Source: a virus
Taxonomy: Duplodnaviria; Heunggongvirae; Uroviricota; Caudoviricetes
Length of the DNA stretch: 57,427 nt
Strand: one strand, 5' to 3'
IMG/VR virus record: IMGVR_UViG_2778261297_000008
Part shown: in pieces, positions 28,481 to 42,846 of the stretch
How the letters are laid out: every line of letters starts with the position of its first letter
How positions within the stretch are numbered: position 1 is the first letter of the stretch
Made by a program: the position numbers and the translations under genes
The notes under the pieces: generated by a model
What the model saw: the letters and a program-made list of their open reading frames with translations, nothing else
Told to the model about the DNA's origin: nothing
Databases searched by the model: none

Positions 28481-28870
28481 ATGATGTTTCTGAAACAGGG
28501 CACGTTTAATTATGAAAAGCAGTCCGTGGTGCTCAGTGAGCTGTCCGGGCTGCAGAGAATTGAATATCTGGCGTTTGTTCAGCAGCGAACGGCAAAGTTT
28601 GATGCCGAAGAGGGAGAACTGCCGGAGGCTGAACGACAGATTGCTTTTCTGCGGATGGGGATGGATATCAATGCCTGGCTGGTTTCCCGCTCACTGTGGA
28701 ATGCGGAACAGTCTCAGGATGTTGAGACGCTTTGCGCATCCGTTATTACAACATGGTCGTATGATGCCCTGGGAGCGGGGGCGGAGATGGTTCTGTCGCT
28801 GAGCGGTATGGGAGTCATTGAGAATGCCGGGGATTTGGAGCATGAGGTGCTGACGCCGGAAAAGTCCTGA
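28481..28870 (+). CDS. G: Tail assembly chaperone G-like
   Basis: ATG 28481 with SD GGTGGAG (ORF-track start 28442 is a TTG inside the terminator); lambda gpG-like. Confidence 0.8.
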   Translation: MMFLKQGTFNYEKQSVVLSELSGLQRIEYLAFVQQRTAKFDAEEGELPEAERQIAFLRMGMDINAWLVSRSLWNAEQSQDVETLCASVITTWSYDALGAGAEMVLSLSGMGVIENAGDLEHEVLTPEKS

Positions 28871-29208
28871 CGCGGGAAATGCAGTTTGTCATGCGGCTTG
28901 CCCGGGAGTTCCGGCGGGCAGACTGGCGGCGGATGCTGTCGGAAATGTCGGCCACTGAGCTTGGTGAGTGGGGCGATTATTTCCGGATGCAGAGCTTCAG
29001 TGATGTGTGGATGGATGCGCAGTTTGCCTCGCTGAAGGCATTGATCGTGAGAATGGTGTCCGGTAGCAGTGATGCTGCGGTGGCTGATTTCAGCCTTTTA
29101 CCGGAAGAGAACGGGATACCGGAGCGAACGGACGAAGAACTGATGCATCTTGGGGAAGGTATTTCCGGAGGTGTGCGTTATGGACCAGATAGCCAACTTG
29201 GTCATTGA
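28481..29208 (+). CDS. Tail assembly chaperone G-T fusion by programmed -1 frameshift (T frame open from 28846)
   Basis: T-like ORF in the -1 frame overlaps the last ~8 codons of G; candidate slip site GAA-AAG at 28859-28864; conserved G/GT arrangement of lambda-like tails. Confidence 0.5.
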
Positions 29209-32200
29209 TTTGGGGATTGATGCGGCAGAGTTTAAAAATGAAATTCCCCGTATCAAAAACCTTCTGAATGGTGCAGCCAGCGATGCAGAACGGTCTTCTG
29301 CCCGTATGCAGCGTTTTATGGAGCGTCAGACTCAGGCCGCCCGGCAGACAATGCAGGCGGCTTCTTCGGCTGCAACAGCCGCATCCGTCCATGCGCAGAC
29401 GGTGGAGAAGAGCGCACAGGCTCATGAACGCATGGCCCGCGAGGTGGAGCAAACCCGCCAGCGTATGGAGGCACTGAGCCAGAAAATGCGCGAGGAACAG
29501 GCGCAGGCCATGGCTCTGGCGGAGGCTCAGGATAAAGCGGCTGCCGCGTTTTATCGTCAGATTGACAGTGTGAAACAGGCCAGTGCGGGGCTGCAGGAAT
29601 TACAGCGTATTCAGCAGCAGATCCGACAGGCCAGAAACAGTGGCGGGATTGGTCAGCAGGATTATCTGGCGCTGATTTCTGAGGTTACGGCGAAAACCCG
29701 TGTTCTTACGCAGGCTGAGGAAGAGGCTACCCGACAGAAAGTGGCGTTTATCCGTCAGCTTAAAGAGCAGGCAACCCGCCAGAATCTTTCTTCTTCTGAG
29801 TTGCTTCGTGCTAAGGCTGCCCAGCTGGGGGTAAGCAGTGCTGCAGAAGTGTATATCCGCAAAATGGAGCAGGCAGGAAAAGCCACGCATTCGCTGGGTC
29901 TGAAAAGTGCAGCGGCCCGCCAGGAGATTGGCGTTCTGATAGGTGAACTGGCCCGCGGCAATTTAGGGGCGCTGAGGGGATCCGGGATAACGCTGGCTAA
30001 CCGTGCCGGATGGATAGACACTCTGATGTCACCGAAAGGCATGATGCTTGGCGGGGTTATTGGCGGTATTGCCGCGTCCGTCTATGGTCTGGGTAAAGCC
30101 TGGTATGACGGTCAGAAGGAGGGGGAAGAATTTAACCGCCAGTTGTCGCTGACGGGGCATTATGCCGGAGTCACTGCCGGGCAGCTGTGGACGCTCAGTC
30201 GTGCTATTTCCGGGAATGGTATCACGCAACATGCTGCAGCCGGTGCGCTGGCTCAGGTGGTGGGGAGTGGTGCATTTCGTGGAAACGATATCGGTATGGT
30301 GGCGAGAGCTGCCGCACAGATGGAGCGATCGGTTGGCCAGTCGGTCAGCGATACCATAAATCAGTTTAAGCGGCTGAAGGATGATCCTGTAAATGCCGCG
30401 AAGGCTCTGGACAATGAGCTGCATTTTCTTACTGCCACTCAGCTTGAGCAGATACGTGTCCTTGGGGATCAGGGACGGTCCAGTGATGCTGCACGGATAG
30501 CCATGTCTGCACTGGCAGAGGAAACCGGTCGGCGTACTGCGGATATTGATAATAACCTCAATGCGCTTGGCAGTACGCTGAAGTATCTGTCTGATTTGTG
30601 GAGTCGTTTCTGGGATGCGGCCATGAATATTGGTCGTGAAGACTCGCTGGATGAACAGATTGCCGCTTTACAGGAGAAAGTGTCGCGGGCGAAAAGACTC
30701 CCCTGGACGGCATCATCTTCTCAGGTTGAATACGATCAGCAGCGTCTTAACGATCTTCAGGAGAAAAAACGCCAGAAGGATTTGCAGGATGCAAAAGAGC
30801 AGGCAGAGCGGAATTATCAGGAGCAACAGAAACGACGTAATGCTGAAAATGCTGCACTGAACCGGATGAATGAAACGGAAGCAGCACGACATCAGCGTGA
30901 AATTGCGCGTATTAATTCCATGCAGTACGCCGATCAGGCTGTCAGGGATGCAGCGATACAACGTGAAAATGAACGTTACGAGAAAGCCCTGGCATCCGGT
31001 AAGAAAAAAACACGCGAAACCCGTAATGATGAGGCCACCCGGTTATTGCTGCAGTACAGTCAGCAACAGGCACAGGTGGAAGGACAGATTGCTGCTGCAA
31101 GACAGTCAGCAGGCATTGCCACTGAAAAGATGACAGAAGCGCATAAACAGCTTCTGGCTCTGCAGCAGCGCATCAGCGATCTGGACGGGAAAAAACTGAC
31201 GGCAGATGAAAAGAGTGTGCTGGCCCGTAAAGATGAACTGATTCAGGCACTGACGCTGCTGGATGTAAAACAGCAGGAGCTTCAGAAACAGACGGCACTC
31301 AACGATCTGAAGAAAAAAACAATTCAGCTGACCAGTCAACTGGCTGAAGAAGAGCGCGCTCAGCGTCAGCAACATGACCTGGATATCGCCACGGTGGGTA
31401 TGGGTGATCAGCAGCGGCAGCGATATCAGGTACAACTGAGTCTTCGCCAGAAATACCAGCAACAGCTGGAGCAGTTGAGGCGGGATAGTGAGCAGAAAGG
31501 GACATATAACACGGATGACTACAGAAAGGCCGAGCAGGCGCTGACGGAGAGCCTGAACCGACAACTGAATGAGAATCGCCGTTACTGGCAACAGCTTGAA
31601 GTTGTGCAGGGTAACTGGAAAAACGGAGTCCTGCGTGCATTTCAGGATTTTACCGTGGATGCAGATAATACGGCAGGAACAGCAGAACAGGTGTTCTCGT
31701 CAGCCTTCAGCAACATGGGAAATAGCCTGGCAACTTTTGTCACTACCGGCAAACTCAATTTCAAATCCTTCACCTCTTCTGTGCTGTCAGATATGGCGAA
31801 AATCCTGGCGCAGGCAACCATGATGAAATCGATAAAAGGGATTGGCAGTGTACTGGGATTTGATCTCAGCAGCCTTTCCCTGAATGCCAATGGGGGGATT
31901 TATCAGTCTGCTGATTTGAGTCGTTACAGTGGCACGGTGGTTAACCGTCCGACGTTTTTTGCTTTTGCAAAAGGCGCGGGTGTGATGGGTGAAGCGGGAC
32001 CTGAAGCCATTCTGCCTCTGCGTCGTGGTGCTGACGGTAAGCTGGGGGTTGTGGCGGATATTGGTGGTTCAGGTATGGCGATGTTTGCCCCGCAGTACAA
32101 CATCGAGATCAATAACGATGGCACGAACGGGCAGATAGGTCCGGCTGCCCTGAAGGTGGTTTATGACCTTGGGAAAAAAGCGGCAGCGGACTTTATGCAA

Positions 32201-32245
32201 CAGCAGGCCCGTGATGGTGGTCGGTTAAGTGGAGCATATCGGTAA
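29180..32245 (+). CDS. H: Tail tape measure protein H-like
   Basis: ~1021 aa coiled-coil-rich protein in the gpH position; ATG 29180 with SD CCGGAGGTG. Confidence 0.9.
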   Translation: MDQIANLVIDLGIDAAEFKNEIPRIKNLLNGAASDAERSSARMQRFMERQTQAARQTMQAASSAATAASVHAQTVEKSAQAHERMAREVEQTRQRMEALSQKMREEQAQAMALAEAQDKAAAAFYRQIDSVKQASAGLQELQRIQQQIRQARNSGGIGQQDYLALISEVTAKTRVLTQAEEEATRQKVAFIRQLKEQATRQNLSSSELLRAKAAQLGVSSAAEVYIRKMEQAGKATHSLGLKSAAARQEIGVLIGELARGNLGALRGSGITLANRAGWIDTLMSPKGMMLGGVIGGIAASVYGLGKAWYDGQKEGEEFNRQLSLTGHYAGVTAGQLWTLSRAISGNGITQHAAAGALAQVVGSGAFRGNDIGMVARAAAQMERSVGQSVSDTINQFKRLKDDPVNAAKALDNELHFLTATQLEQIRVLGDQGRSSDAARIAMSALAEETGRRTADIDNNLNALGSTLKYLSDLWSRFWDAAMNIGREDSLDEQIAALQEKVSRAKRLPWTASSSQVEYDQQRLNDLQEKKRQKDLQDAKEQAERNYQEQQKRRNAENAALNRMNETEAARHQREIARINSMQYADQAVRDAAIQRENERYEKALASGKKKTRETRNDEATRLLLQYSQQQAQVEGQIAAARQSAGIATEKMTEAHKQLLALQQRISDLDGKKLTADEKSVLARKDELIQALTLLDVKQQELQKQTALNDLKKKTIQLTSQLAEEERAQRQQHDLDIATVGMGDQQRQRYQVQLSLRQKYQQQLEQLRRDSEQKGTYNTDDYRKAEQALTESLNRQLNENRRYWQQLEVVQGNWKNGVLRAFQDFTVDADNTAGTAEQVFSSAFSNMGNSLATFVTTGKLNFKSFTSSVLSDMAKILAQATMMKSIKGIGSVLGFDLSSLSLNANGGIYQSADLSRYSGTVVNRPTFFAFAKGAGVMGEAGPEAILPLRRGADGKLGVVADIGGSGMAMFAPQYNIEINNDGTNGQIGPAALKVVYDLGKKAAADFMQQQARDGGRLSGAYR

Positions 32246-32574
32246 TGGAGACGTTTCACTGGAAAGTGCGCCCGGATATGAATGTGGTATCAGAGCCGAA
32301 AGTGGTGACAGTGAAGCTGGGCGATGGTTATGAACAGCGTCGTGCGGCGGGACTGAATAACCAGTTGTCGACTTACAGCGTGACGATACGTGTTCGTAAA
32401 TGTGAACACCCATCTTTAAAAGCCTTTCTGGAACGGCACGGTGGCGTCCGCGTATTTCAGTGGACGCCACCTTATGACTGGAAGCCGATCAGGGTGGTTT
32501 GTCGTAAATGGTCGGCAAGCGTAGGGGCGCTGTGGGTAACCATAACGGCAGATTTTGAACAGGTCGTGGCATAG
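32245..32574 (+). CDS. M: Minor tail protein M-like
   Basis: 109 aa, same length as lambda gpM; start overlaps H stop. Confidence 0.9.
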   Translation: METFHWKVRPDMNVVSEPKVVTVKLGDGYEQRRAAGLNNQLSTYSVTIRVRKCEHPSLKAFLERHGGVRVFQWTPPYDWKPIRVVCRKWSASVGALWVTITADFEQVVA

Positions 32575-32583
32575 GAGGCTCTG

Positions 32584-33282
32584 ATGCAGGATATTCCACA
32601 GGAAACACATCATGAGACGACACGCCTCACTCAGTCAGCCCAGGTGGTGCTCTGGGAAATCGATCTGACAGAGGTCGGTGGTGAACGTTATTTTTTCTGT
32701 AATGAGCAGAACGAAAAAGGTGAGCCGGTCACCTGGCAGGGGTGGCAGTATCAGCCGTATCCCATTCAGGGGACGGGATTTGAACTGAACGGTAAGGGCA
32801 GTGCTGCCCGTCCGACACTGACGGTCTCTAACCTGCACGGCATGGTCACCGGGATGGCGGAAGACCTGCAGAGTCTGGTCGGCGGAACGGTGGTCAGGCG
32901 TAAGGTTTACGCCCGTTTTCTGGATGCGGTGAACTTCGTCAACGGAAACAGCGAAGCCGATCCGGAGCAGGAGGTGATCAGCCGCTGGCGCATTGAGCAG
33001 TGCAGCGAACTGAGCGCGGTGAGTGCCTCTTTTGTACTGTCCACGCCGACGGAAACGGATGGCGCTGTTTTTCCGGGACGTATCATGCTGGCCAACACCT
33101 GCACCTGGACCTATCGCGGCGATGAGTGCGGTTATAGCGGTCCGGCGGTCGCGGATGAATATGACCAGCCGACGTCCGATATCACGAAGGATAAATGCAG
33201 CAAATGCCTGAGCGGCTGTAAGTTTCGCAATAACGTCGGCAACTTTGGCGGCTTCCTTTCCATTAACAAACTTTCGCAGTAA
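32584..33282 (+). CDS. L: Minor tail protein L-like
   Basis: 232 aa, same length as lambda gpL; SD AGGAGG. Confidence 0.9.
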   Translation: MQDIPQETHHETTRLTQSAQVVLWEIDLTEVGGERYFFCNEQNEKGEPVTWQGWQYQPYPIQGTGFELNGKGSAARPTLTVSNLHGMVTGMAEDLQSLVGGTVVRRKVYARFLDAVNFVNGNSEADPEQEVISRWRIEQCSELSAVSASFVLSTPTETDGAVFPGRIMLANTCTWTYRGDECGYSGPAVADEYDQPTSDITKDKCSKCLSGCKFRNNVGNFGGFLSINKLSQ

Positions 33283-33287
33283 ATCCC

Positions 33288-34031
33288 ATGACAGAGACAG
33301 AATCAGCGATTCTGGCGCACGCCCGGCGATGTGCGCCAGCGGAGTCGTGCGGCTTCGTGGTGAGAGCGCCGGAGGGGGAAAGATATTTTCCCTGCGTGAA
33401 TATTTCCGGTGAGCCGGAGGATTATTTCCGGATGGCTCCGGAGGACTGGCTGCAGGCAGAGATGCAGGGTGAGATTGTGGCACTGGTCCACAGCCACCCC
33501 GGTGGTCTGCCCTGGCTGAGTGAGGCCGACCGGCGGCTGCAGGTGCAGAGTGATTTGCCGTGGTGGCTGGTCTGCCGGGGGGCGATTCACAAGTTCCGCT
33601 GTGTGCCACATCTTACCGGGCGGCGCTTTGAGCACGGGGTGACGGACTGTTACACGCTGTTCCGGGATGCTTACCATCTGGCGGGGATTGAGATGCCGGA
33701 TTTTCATCGCGAGGATGACTGGTGGCGTCACGGTCAGAATCTCTATCTGGATAATCTGGAGGCCACAGGGCTGTATCAGGTGCCGTTGTCAGCGGCGCAG
33801 CCGGGCGATGTGCTGCTGTGCTGTTTTGGTTCATCGGTGCCGAATCATGCCGCCATTTACTGTGGTGACGGCGAGCTGCTGCACCATATTCCTGAACAAC
33901 TGAGCAAACGAGAGAGGTATACCGACAAATGGCAGCGACGCACACACTCCCTCTGGCGTCACCGGGCATGGCACGCATCTGCCTTTACGGGGATTTACAA
34001 CGATTTGGCCGCCGCATCGACCTTCGTGTGA
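33288..34031 (+). CDS. K: Tail assembly protein K-like (MPN/JAB + NlpC/P60-like)
   Basis: HSHP motif (VALVHSHPGG) and Cys/His region; position as lambda gpK. Confidence 0.9.
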   Translation: MTETESAILAHARRCAPAESCGFVVRAPEGERYFPCVNISGEPEDYFRMAPEDWLQAEMQGEIVALVHSHPGGLPWLSEADRRLQVQSDLPWWLVCRGAIHKFRCVPHLTGRRFEHGVTDCYTLFRDAYHLAGIEMPDFHREDDWWRHGQNLYLDNLEATGLYQVPLSAAQPGDVLLCCFGSSVPNHAAIYCGDGELLHHIPEQLSKRERYTDKWQRRTHSLWRHRAWHASAFTGIYNDLAAASTFV

Positions 34032-34576
34032 AAACGGGGGCTGAAGCCATCCGGGCGCTGGCCACACAGCTTCCGTCGTTTCGCCAGAAACTGAATGAGG
34101 GCTGGTATCAGGTGCGCATTTCCGGGCGTGATGCAGGCGAAAATGAATTATCTGCCCGTCTTAATGAACCGCTGGCAAATGGTGCCGTGATCCACGTCGT
34201 TCCGCGTCTGGCGGGTGCCAAAAGTGGCGGTGTGTTTCAGGCGGTGCTGGGTGCGGCGCTGATTGCGGTGGCATGGTGGAACCCTGTTGGCTGGCTGGGG
34301 GCCGCGGCTGTATCGGGTCTGTATGCAGCAGGGGCCAGTATGATCCTGGGTGGTGTGGCGCAGATGCTGGCACCGAAAGCCAGGACGCCCACGGCAGCCA
34401 GTACAGATAACGGCAAACAGAACACGTATTTCTCGTCACTGGATAACATGGTTGCCCAGGGCAATGTTCTGCCTGTTCTGTACGGTGAAATGCGTGTGGG
34501 GTCTCGTGTGGTTTCTCAGGAGATCAGCACGGCAGATGAAGGGGACGGTGGTCAGGTTGTGGTGATTGGCCGCTGA
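33929..34576 (+). CDS. I: Tail assembly protein I-like
   Basis: Near-identical to recalled lambda gpI N- and C-termini; overlaps K 3' end as in lambda. Confidence 0.85.
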   Translation: MAATHTLPLASPGMARICLYGDLQRFGRRIDLRVKTGAEAIRALATQLPSFRQKLNEGWYQVRISGRDAGENELSARLNEPLANGAVIHVVPRLAGAKSGGVFQAVLGAALIAVAWWNPVGWLGAAAVSGLYAAGASMILGGVAQMLAPKARTPTAASTDNGKQNTYFSSLDNMVAQGNVLPVLYGEMRVGSRVVSQEISTADEGDGGQVVVIGR

Positions 34577-34633
34577 TGCAAAATGTTTTATGTGAAACCG
34601 CCTGCGGGCGGTTTTGTCGTTTATGGAGCGTGA

Positions 34634-38035
<3,402 letters not shown>

Positions 38036-38053
38036 ATTTTATAACCCAGAACG

Positions 38054-38077
38054 GGCGTCAGAAATGACGCCTTTTTT
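38054..38077 (+). terminator. Intrinsic terminator after J
   Basis: Hairpin GGCGTCA-GAAA-TGACGCC followed by TTTTTT. Confidence 0.65.
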
Positions 38078-38101
38078 ATTGCAGAAAAGCGAGAGGTAAT
38101 T

Positions 38102-38701
38102 ATGCGTAAACTTTATGCCGCCATTTTGTCCGCAGCCATTTGTCTGGCCGTATCCGGTGCGCCTGCATGGGCGTCTGAACATCAGTCCACGCTGAGCGCG
38201 GGGTATCTTCATGCCCGGACGAACGTTCCCGGCAGTGATGATCTGAACGGGATTAACGTGAAATACCGTTATGAGTTTACGGACACACTGGGGATGGTGA
38301 CGTCGTTCAGCTATGCAGGAGACAAGAATCGCCAGATTACCCGTTACAGCGATACCCGCTGGCATGAAGATTCCGTTCGTAACCGCTGGTTCAGCGTAAT
38401 GGCGGGGCCGTCTGTGCGCGTGAATGAATGGTTCAGCGCGTATGCGATGGCGGGTGTGGCTTACAGCCGTGTGTCGACTTTCTCCGGGGATTATCTCCGC
38501 GTAACTGACAACAAGGGGAAAAAGCACGATGTGCTGACCGGAAGTGATGACGGTCGCCACAGCAACACGTCTCTGGCGTGGGGAGCTGGCGTGCAGTTTA
38601 ACCCGACCGAATCCGTGGCCATTGATGTCGCTTATGAAGGCTCCGGCAGTGGTGACTGGCGCACTGACGGGTTCATCGTGGGTGTTGGTTATAAATTCTG
38701 A
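38102..38701 (+). CDS. lom: Lom outer-membrane protein (Ail/Lom family)
   Basis: 199 aa with signal peptide and beta-barrel-like alternation ending ...GVGYKF; lambda lom position. Confidence 0.93.
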   Translation: MRKLYAAILSAAICLAVSGAPAWASEHQSTLSAGYLHARTNVPGSDDLNGINVKYRYEFTDTLGMVTSFSYAGDKNRQITRYSDTRWHEDSVRNRWFSVMAGPSVRVNEWFSAYAMAGVAYSRVSTFSGDYLRVTDNKGKKHDVLTGSDDGRHSNTSLAWGAGVQFNPTESVAIDVAYEGSGSGDWRTDGFIVGVGYKF

Positions 38702-38727
38702 TTAGCCAGGTAACACAGTGTTATGAC

Positions 38728-38755
38728 AGCCCGCCGGTTCAGGCGGGCTTTTTTG
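38728..38755 (+). terminator. Intrinsic terminator after lom
   Basis: Hairpin AGCCCGCC-GGTTCA-GGCGGGCT followed by TTTTTT. Confidence 0.75.
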
Positions 38756-38765
38756 TGGGGTGAAT

Positions 38766-41700
38766 ATGGCAGTAAAAATTTCAGGTGTACTGAAAGACGG
38801 CACAGGAAAACCGGTACAGAACTGCACAATCCAGCTGAAAGCAAAACGTAACAGTACCACGGTGGTGGTGAACACGCTGGCATCTGAAAATCCGGATGAA
38901 GCCGGGCGTTACAGTATGGACGTTGAGTACGGTCAGTACAGCGTTATTCTGTTGGTGGAAGGATTCCCGCCGTCACATGCCGGGACCATCACAGTGTATG
39001 AAGATTCCCGACCCGGTACGCTGAATGATTTTCTCGGTGCCATGACGGAGGATGATGCCCGTCCGGAGGCACTGCGCCGTTTTGAGCTGATGGTGGAAGA
39101 GGTGGCGCGTAACGCGTCCGTGGTGGCACAGAACACGGCAGCCGCGAAGAAGTCAGCCAGTGATGCCAGCACATCAGCCCGTGAGGCGGCAACCCATGCG
39201 ACTGATGCTGCAGGCTCAGCACGCGCAGCCAGCACGTCAGCCGGACAGGCCGCGTCGTCGGCTCAGTCAGCGACTTCCAGCGCAGGAACGGCATCAACAA
39301 AGGCCACTGAAGCATCAAAAAGTGCTGCCGCTGCAGAGTCCTCAAAAAGCGCGGCAGCTACCAGTGCCAGTGCCGCGAAAACGTCAGAAACGAATGCTGC
39401 AGCGTCACAACAATCAGCAGCCACTTCTGCATCCACCGCGACTACGAAAGCGTCAGAAGCTGCCACCTCAGCCCGGGATGCGGCGGCTTCAAAAGAGGCG
39501 GCAAAATCATCAGAAACGAACGCATCCTCGAGCGCCAGTAGCGCAGCTTCCTCGGCAACAGCGGCAGGAAATTCCGCGAAGGCTGCAAAAACGTCAGAGA
39601 CGAACGCCAGGTCTTCTGAAACGGCAGCGGGACAGAGCGCCTCGGCTGCGGCAGGCTCAAAAACAGCGGCTGCGTCGTCTGCCAGTGCAGCGTCAACAAG
39701 TGCCGGGCAGGCCTCAGCCAGTGCCACCGCCGCCGGAAAATCGGCAGAAAGCGCCGCATCGTCTGCTTCAACAGCCACAACGAAGGCTGGCGAAGCCACT
39801 GAACAGGCCAGCGCAGCAGCGAGGTCTGCTTCCGCAGCGAAGACATCCGAAACGAACGCGAAAGCGTCGGAAACCAGCGCAGAATCCTCAAAAACGGCTG
39901 CCGCATCGTCAGCCAGTTCGGCGTCGTCATCGGCATCATCTGCGTCTGCTTCAAAAGATGAGGCGACCAGACAGGCGTCAGCAGCGAAGGGTAGCGCCAC
40001 GACGGCATCCACGAAGGCGACAGAGGCAGCTGGCAGTGCGACGGCAGCAGCTCAGAGCAAAAGTACGGCGGAATCTGCAGCAACGCGCGCTGAGACAGCG
40101 GCAAAACGGGCAGAGGATATTGCATCCGCCGTGGCGCTTGAGGATGCGAGCACGACGAAAAAGGGGATAGTACAGCTCAGCAGTGCGACCAACAGCACTT
40201 CCGAGTCACTGGCGGCAACGCCAAAAGCCGTTAAGGCCGCGTATGACCTGGCTAACGGGAAATACACCGCACAGGATGCAACGACAGCACAGAAAGGGAT
40301 AATCCAGCTAAGCAGCGCGACCAACAGCACGTCTGAAACGCTGGCGGCAACGCCAAAGGCAGTAAAAGCAGCCAATGACAATGCTGAGAAACGTCTGCAG
40401 AAAGATCAGAACGGTGCGGATATCCCTGGCAAAGACACCTTTACGAAAAATATTGGTGCCTGCCGTGCCTTCGGTGGGTCAGTAAGCACAACAACAGGAA
40501 ACTGGACGACTGCACAGTTTATCGAGTGGCTGGATTCTCAGGGAGCATTTAACCATCCATACTGGATGTGCAAGGGTTCCTGGTCTTATGGCAATAATAA
40601 AATCATTACTGATACTGGCTGCGGTAATATTCATCTCGCCGGAGCTGTCATTGAAGTAATGGGGATAAAGTCAGCGATGACGATCCGCATTACCACACCG
40701 ACCACCTCCACTGGTGGTGGAACAACTAACGCCCAGTTTACCTATATTAATCACGGAACAGATTATTCACCTGGCTGGCGAAGGGACTATAACTCCAGAA
40801 ATAAGCCAACGGCATCAGAGATCGGGGCGTTACCGTCAGGTGGAACAGCAGTATCATCAGTTAATCTGTCTTCAAAAGGTCGGGTAACCGCGCTGACAGA
40901 CAATACGCAGGGGGCAACAGGTCTTGAGTTATACGAGGTGTATAACAACGGATATCCAACAGCGTATGGAAATATCATTCACCTGAAAGGGATGACAGCC
41001 GTTGGCGAAGGTGAGTTACTCATCGGCTGGAGTGGTACAAGCGGTGCTCATGCTCCGGCATTTATTCGTTCACGACGGGATACGACCGACGCAAACTGGT
41101 CGCCGTGGGCGCAGCTTTACACCTCGGCTCATCCTCCTGCAGAGTTTTATCCAGTCGGCGCACCAATCCCGTGGCCATCAGATACCGTTCCGTCTGGTTA
41201 TGCCCTGATGCAGGGGCAGACTTTTGACAAATCTGCATACCCGAAACTTGCAGCCGCTTATCCGTCAGGCGTGATCCCTGATATGCGTGGCTGGACGATT
41301 AAGGGCAAGCCCGCCAGTGGTCGGGCCGTATTGTCTCAGGAACAGGACGGCATTAAATCACACACCCACAGCGCCAGCGTATCCAGTACGGATTTGGGGA
41401 CGAAAACCACATCGTCGTTTGATTACGGCACTAAATCCACGAATAACACTGGTGCGCATACCCATAGTGTTAGCGGTACGGCTGCTTCAGCCGGTGCACA
41501 TACCCATTCGATGACATTTGTTTCAGGTGGTTCCAGTGGTGCTCCGGGAAGTGGATCACCTGATTATTCTAAATACAGTGTTAACACTTCTTCTGCAGGC
41601 GCTCATACGCACTCTGTATCGGGTACTGCTGCAAGCGCAGGTGCACACGCACATACTGTCGGTATTGGTGCTCATACGCACTCGGTTGCGATTGGCTCAC

Positions 41701-41789
41701 ATGGACACACCATCACCGTTAACGCTGCTGGTAACGCGGAAAACACCGTCAAAAACATCGCATTTAACTATATTGTGAGGCTTGCATAA
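38766..41789 (+). CDS. stf: Side tail fibre protein, full length, with Ala/Ser-rich repeats and C-terminal GAHTHS repeats
   Basis: N- and C-terminal regions closely match recalled lambda Stf ([27 protein letters not shown]... / ...[24 protein letters not shown]); ATG 38766. Confidence 0.93.
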   Translation: MAVKISGVLKDGTGKPVQNCTIQLKAKRNSTTVVVNTLASENPDEAGRYSMDVEYGQYSVILLVEGFPPSHAGTITVYEDSRPGTLNDFLGAMTEDDARPEALRRFELMVEEVARNASVVAQNTAAAKKSASDASTSAREAATHATDAAGSARAASTSAGQAASSAQSATSSAGTASTKATEASKSAAAAESSKSAAATSASAAKTSETNAAASQQSAATSASTATTKASEAATSARDAAASKEAAKSSETNASSSASSAASSATAAGNSAKAAKTSETNARSSETAAGQSASAAAGSKTAAASSASAASTSAGQASASATAAGKSAESAASSASTATTKAGEATEQASAAARSASAAKTSETNAKASETSAESSKTAAASSASSASSSASSASASKDEATRQASAAKGSATTASTKATEAAGSATAAAQSKSTAESAATRAETAAKRAEDIASAVALEDASTTKKGIVQLSSATNSTSESLAATPKAVKAAYDLANGKYTAQDATTAQKGIIQLSSATNSTSETLAATPKAVKAANDNAEKRLQKDQNGADIPGKDTFTKNIGACRAFGGSVSTTTGNWTTAQFIEWLDSQGAFNHPYWMCKGSWSYGNNKIITDTGCGNIHLAGAVIEVMGIKSAMTIRITTPTTSTGGGTTNAQFTYINHGTDYSPGWRRDYNSRNKPTASEIGALPSGGTAVSSVNLSSKGRVTALTDNTQGATGLELYEVYNNGYPTAYGNIIHLKGMTAVGEGELLIGWSGTSGAHAPAFIRSRRDTTDANWSPWAQLYTSAHPPAEFYPVGAPIPWPSDTVPSGYALMQGQTFDKSAYPKLAAAYPSGVIPDMRGWTIKGKPASGRAVLSQEQDGIKSHTHSASVSSTDLGTKTTSSFDYGTKSTNNTGAHTHSVSGTAASAGAHTHSMTFVSGGSSGAPGSGSPDYSKYSVNTSSAGAHTHSVSGTAASAGAHAHTVGIGAHTHSVAIGSHGHTITVNAAGNAENTVKNIAFNYIVRLA

Positions 41790-42373
41790 TGGCATTCAGA
41801 ATGAGTGAACAACCACGGACCATAAAAATTTATAATCTGCTGGTCGGAACTAATGAATTTATTGGTGAAGGTGACGCATATATTCCGCCTCATACAGGTC
41901 TGCCAGCAAACAGTACCGATATTGCACCGCCAGATATTCCGGCAGGCTTCGTGGCTGTTTTCAACAGTGATGAGGCATCGTGGCATCTCGTTGAAGATCA
42001 TCGGGGAAAAACCGTCTATGACGTGGCTTCCGGCGACGCGTTATTTATTTCTGAACTCGGTCCGTTACCGGAAAATGTTACCTGGTTATCGCCGGGAGGG
42101 GAATATCAGAAGTGGAACGGCACAGCCTGGGTGAAGGATACGGAAGCAGAAAAACTGTTCCGGATCCGGGAGGCGGAAGAAACAAAAAACAGCCTGATGC
42201 AGGTAGCCAGTGAGCATATTGCGCCGCTTCAGGATGCTGCAGATCTGGAAATTGCAACGGAGGAAGAAACCTCGTTGCTGGAAGCCTGGAAGAAGTATCG
42301 GGTGTTGCTGAACCGTGTTAATACAACAACTGCACCGGATATTGAGTGGCCTGCTGTCCCTGTTATGGAGTAA
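41789..42373 (+). CDS. tfa: Tail fibre assembly protein
   Basis: 194 aa, same length and position as lambda Tfa; start overlaps stf stop. Confidence 0.9.
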   Translation: MAFRMSEQPRTIKIYNLLVGTNEFIGEGDAYIPPHTGLPANSTDIAPPDIPAGFVAVFNSDEASWHLVEDHRGKTVYDVASGDALFISELGPLPENVTWLSPGGEYQKWNGTAWVKDTEAEKLFRIREAEETKNSLMQVASEHIAPLQDAADLEIATEEETSLLEAWKKYRVLLNRVNTTTAPDIEWPAVPVME

Positions 42374-42501
42374 TCGTTTTGTGATATGCCGCAGAAACGT
42401 TGTATGAAATAACGTTCTGCGGTTAGTTAGTATATTGTAAAGCTGAGTATTGGTTTATTTGGCGGTTATTATCTTCAGGAGAATAATGGAAGTTCTATGA
42501 C

Positions 42502-42711
42502 TCAATTGTTCATAGTGTTTACATCACCGCCAATTGCTTTTAAGACTGAACGCATGAAATATGGTTTTCCGTCATGTTTTGAGTCTGCTGTTGATATTTC
42601 TAAAGTCGGTTTTTTTTCTTCGTTTTCTCTAACTATTTTCCATGAAATACATTTTTGATTATTATTTGAATCAATTCCAATTACCTGAAGTCTTTCATCT
42701 ATAATTGGCAT
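42502..42711 (-). CDS. Small hypothetical ORF (69 aa) downstream of the 304-aa gene
   Basis: ORF only; AT-rich; may be a fragment. Confidence 0.3.
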   Translation of the reverse strand: MPIIDERLQVIGIDSNNNQKCISWKIVRENEEKKPTLEISTADSKHDGKPYFMRSVLKAIGGDVNTMNN

Positions 42712-42846
42712 TGTATGTATTGGTTTATTGGAGTTGATGCTTGCTTTTCTGAGCCATAGCTCTGATATCCAAATGAAGCCATAGGCATTTGTTATTTTGG
42801 CTCTGTCAGCTGCATAACGCCAAAAAATATATTTATCTGCTTGATC

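Noticed and set aside
32635-33609. 324-aa minus-strand ORF
   Set aside because: Antisense to tail genes L and K; Ala/Arg/Pro-rich spurious frame
39160-40170. 336-aa plus-strand ORF and 249/227-aa minus-strand ORFs inside stf
   Set aside because: Alternative frames of the repetitive GC-rich stf shaft; translations are extreme low-complexity (R/Q/P or A/D/E runs); stf itself is the real gene
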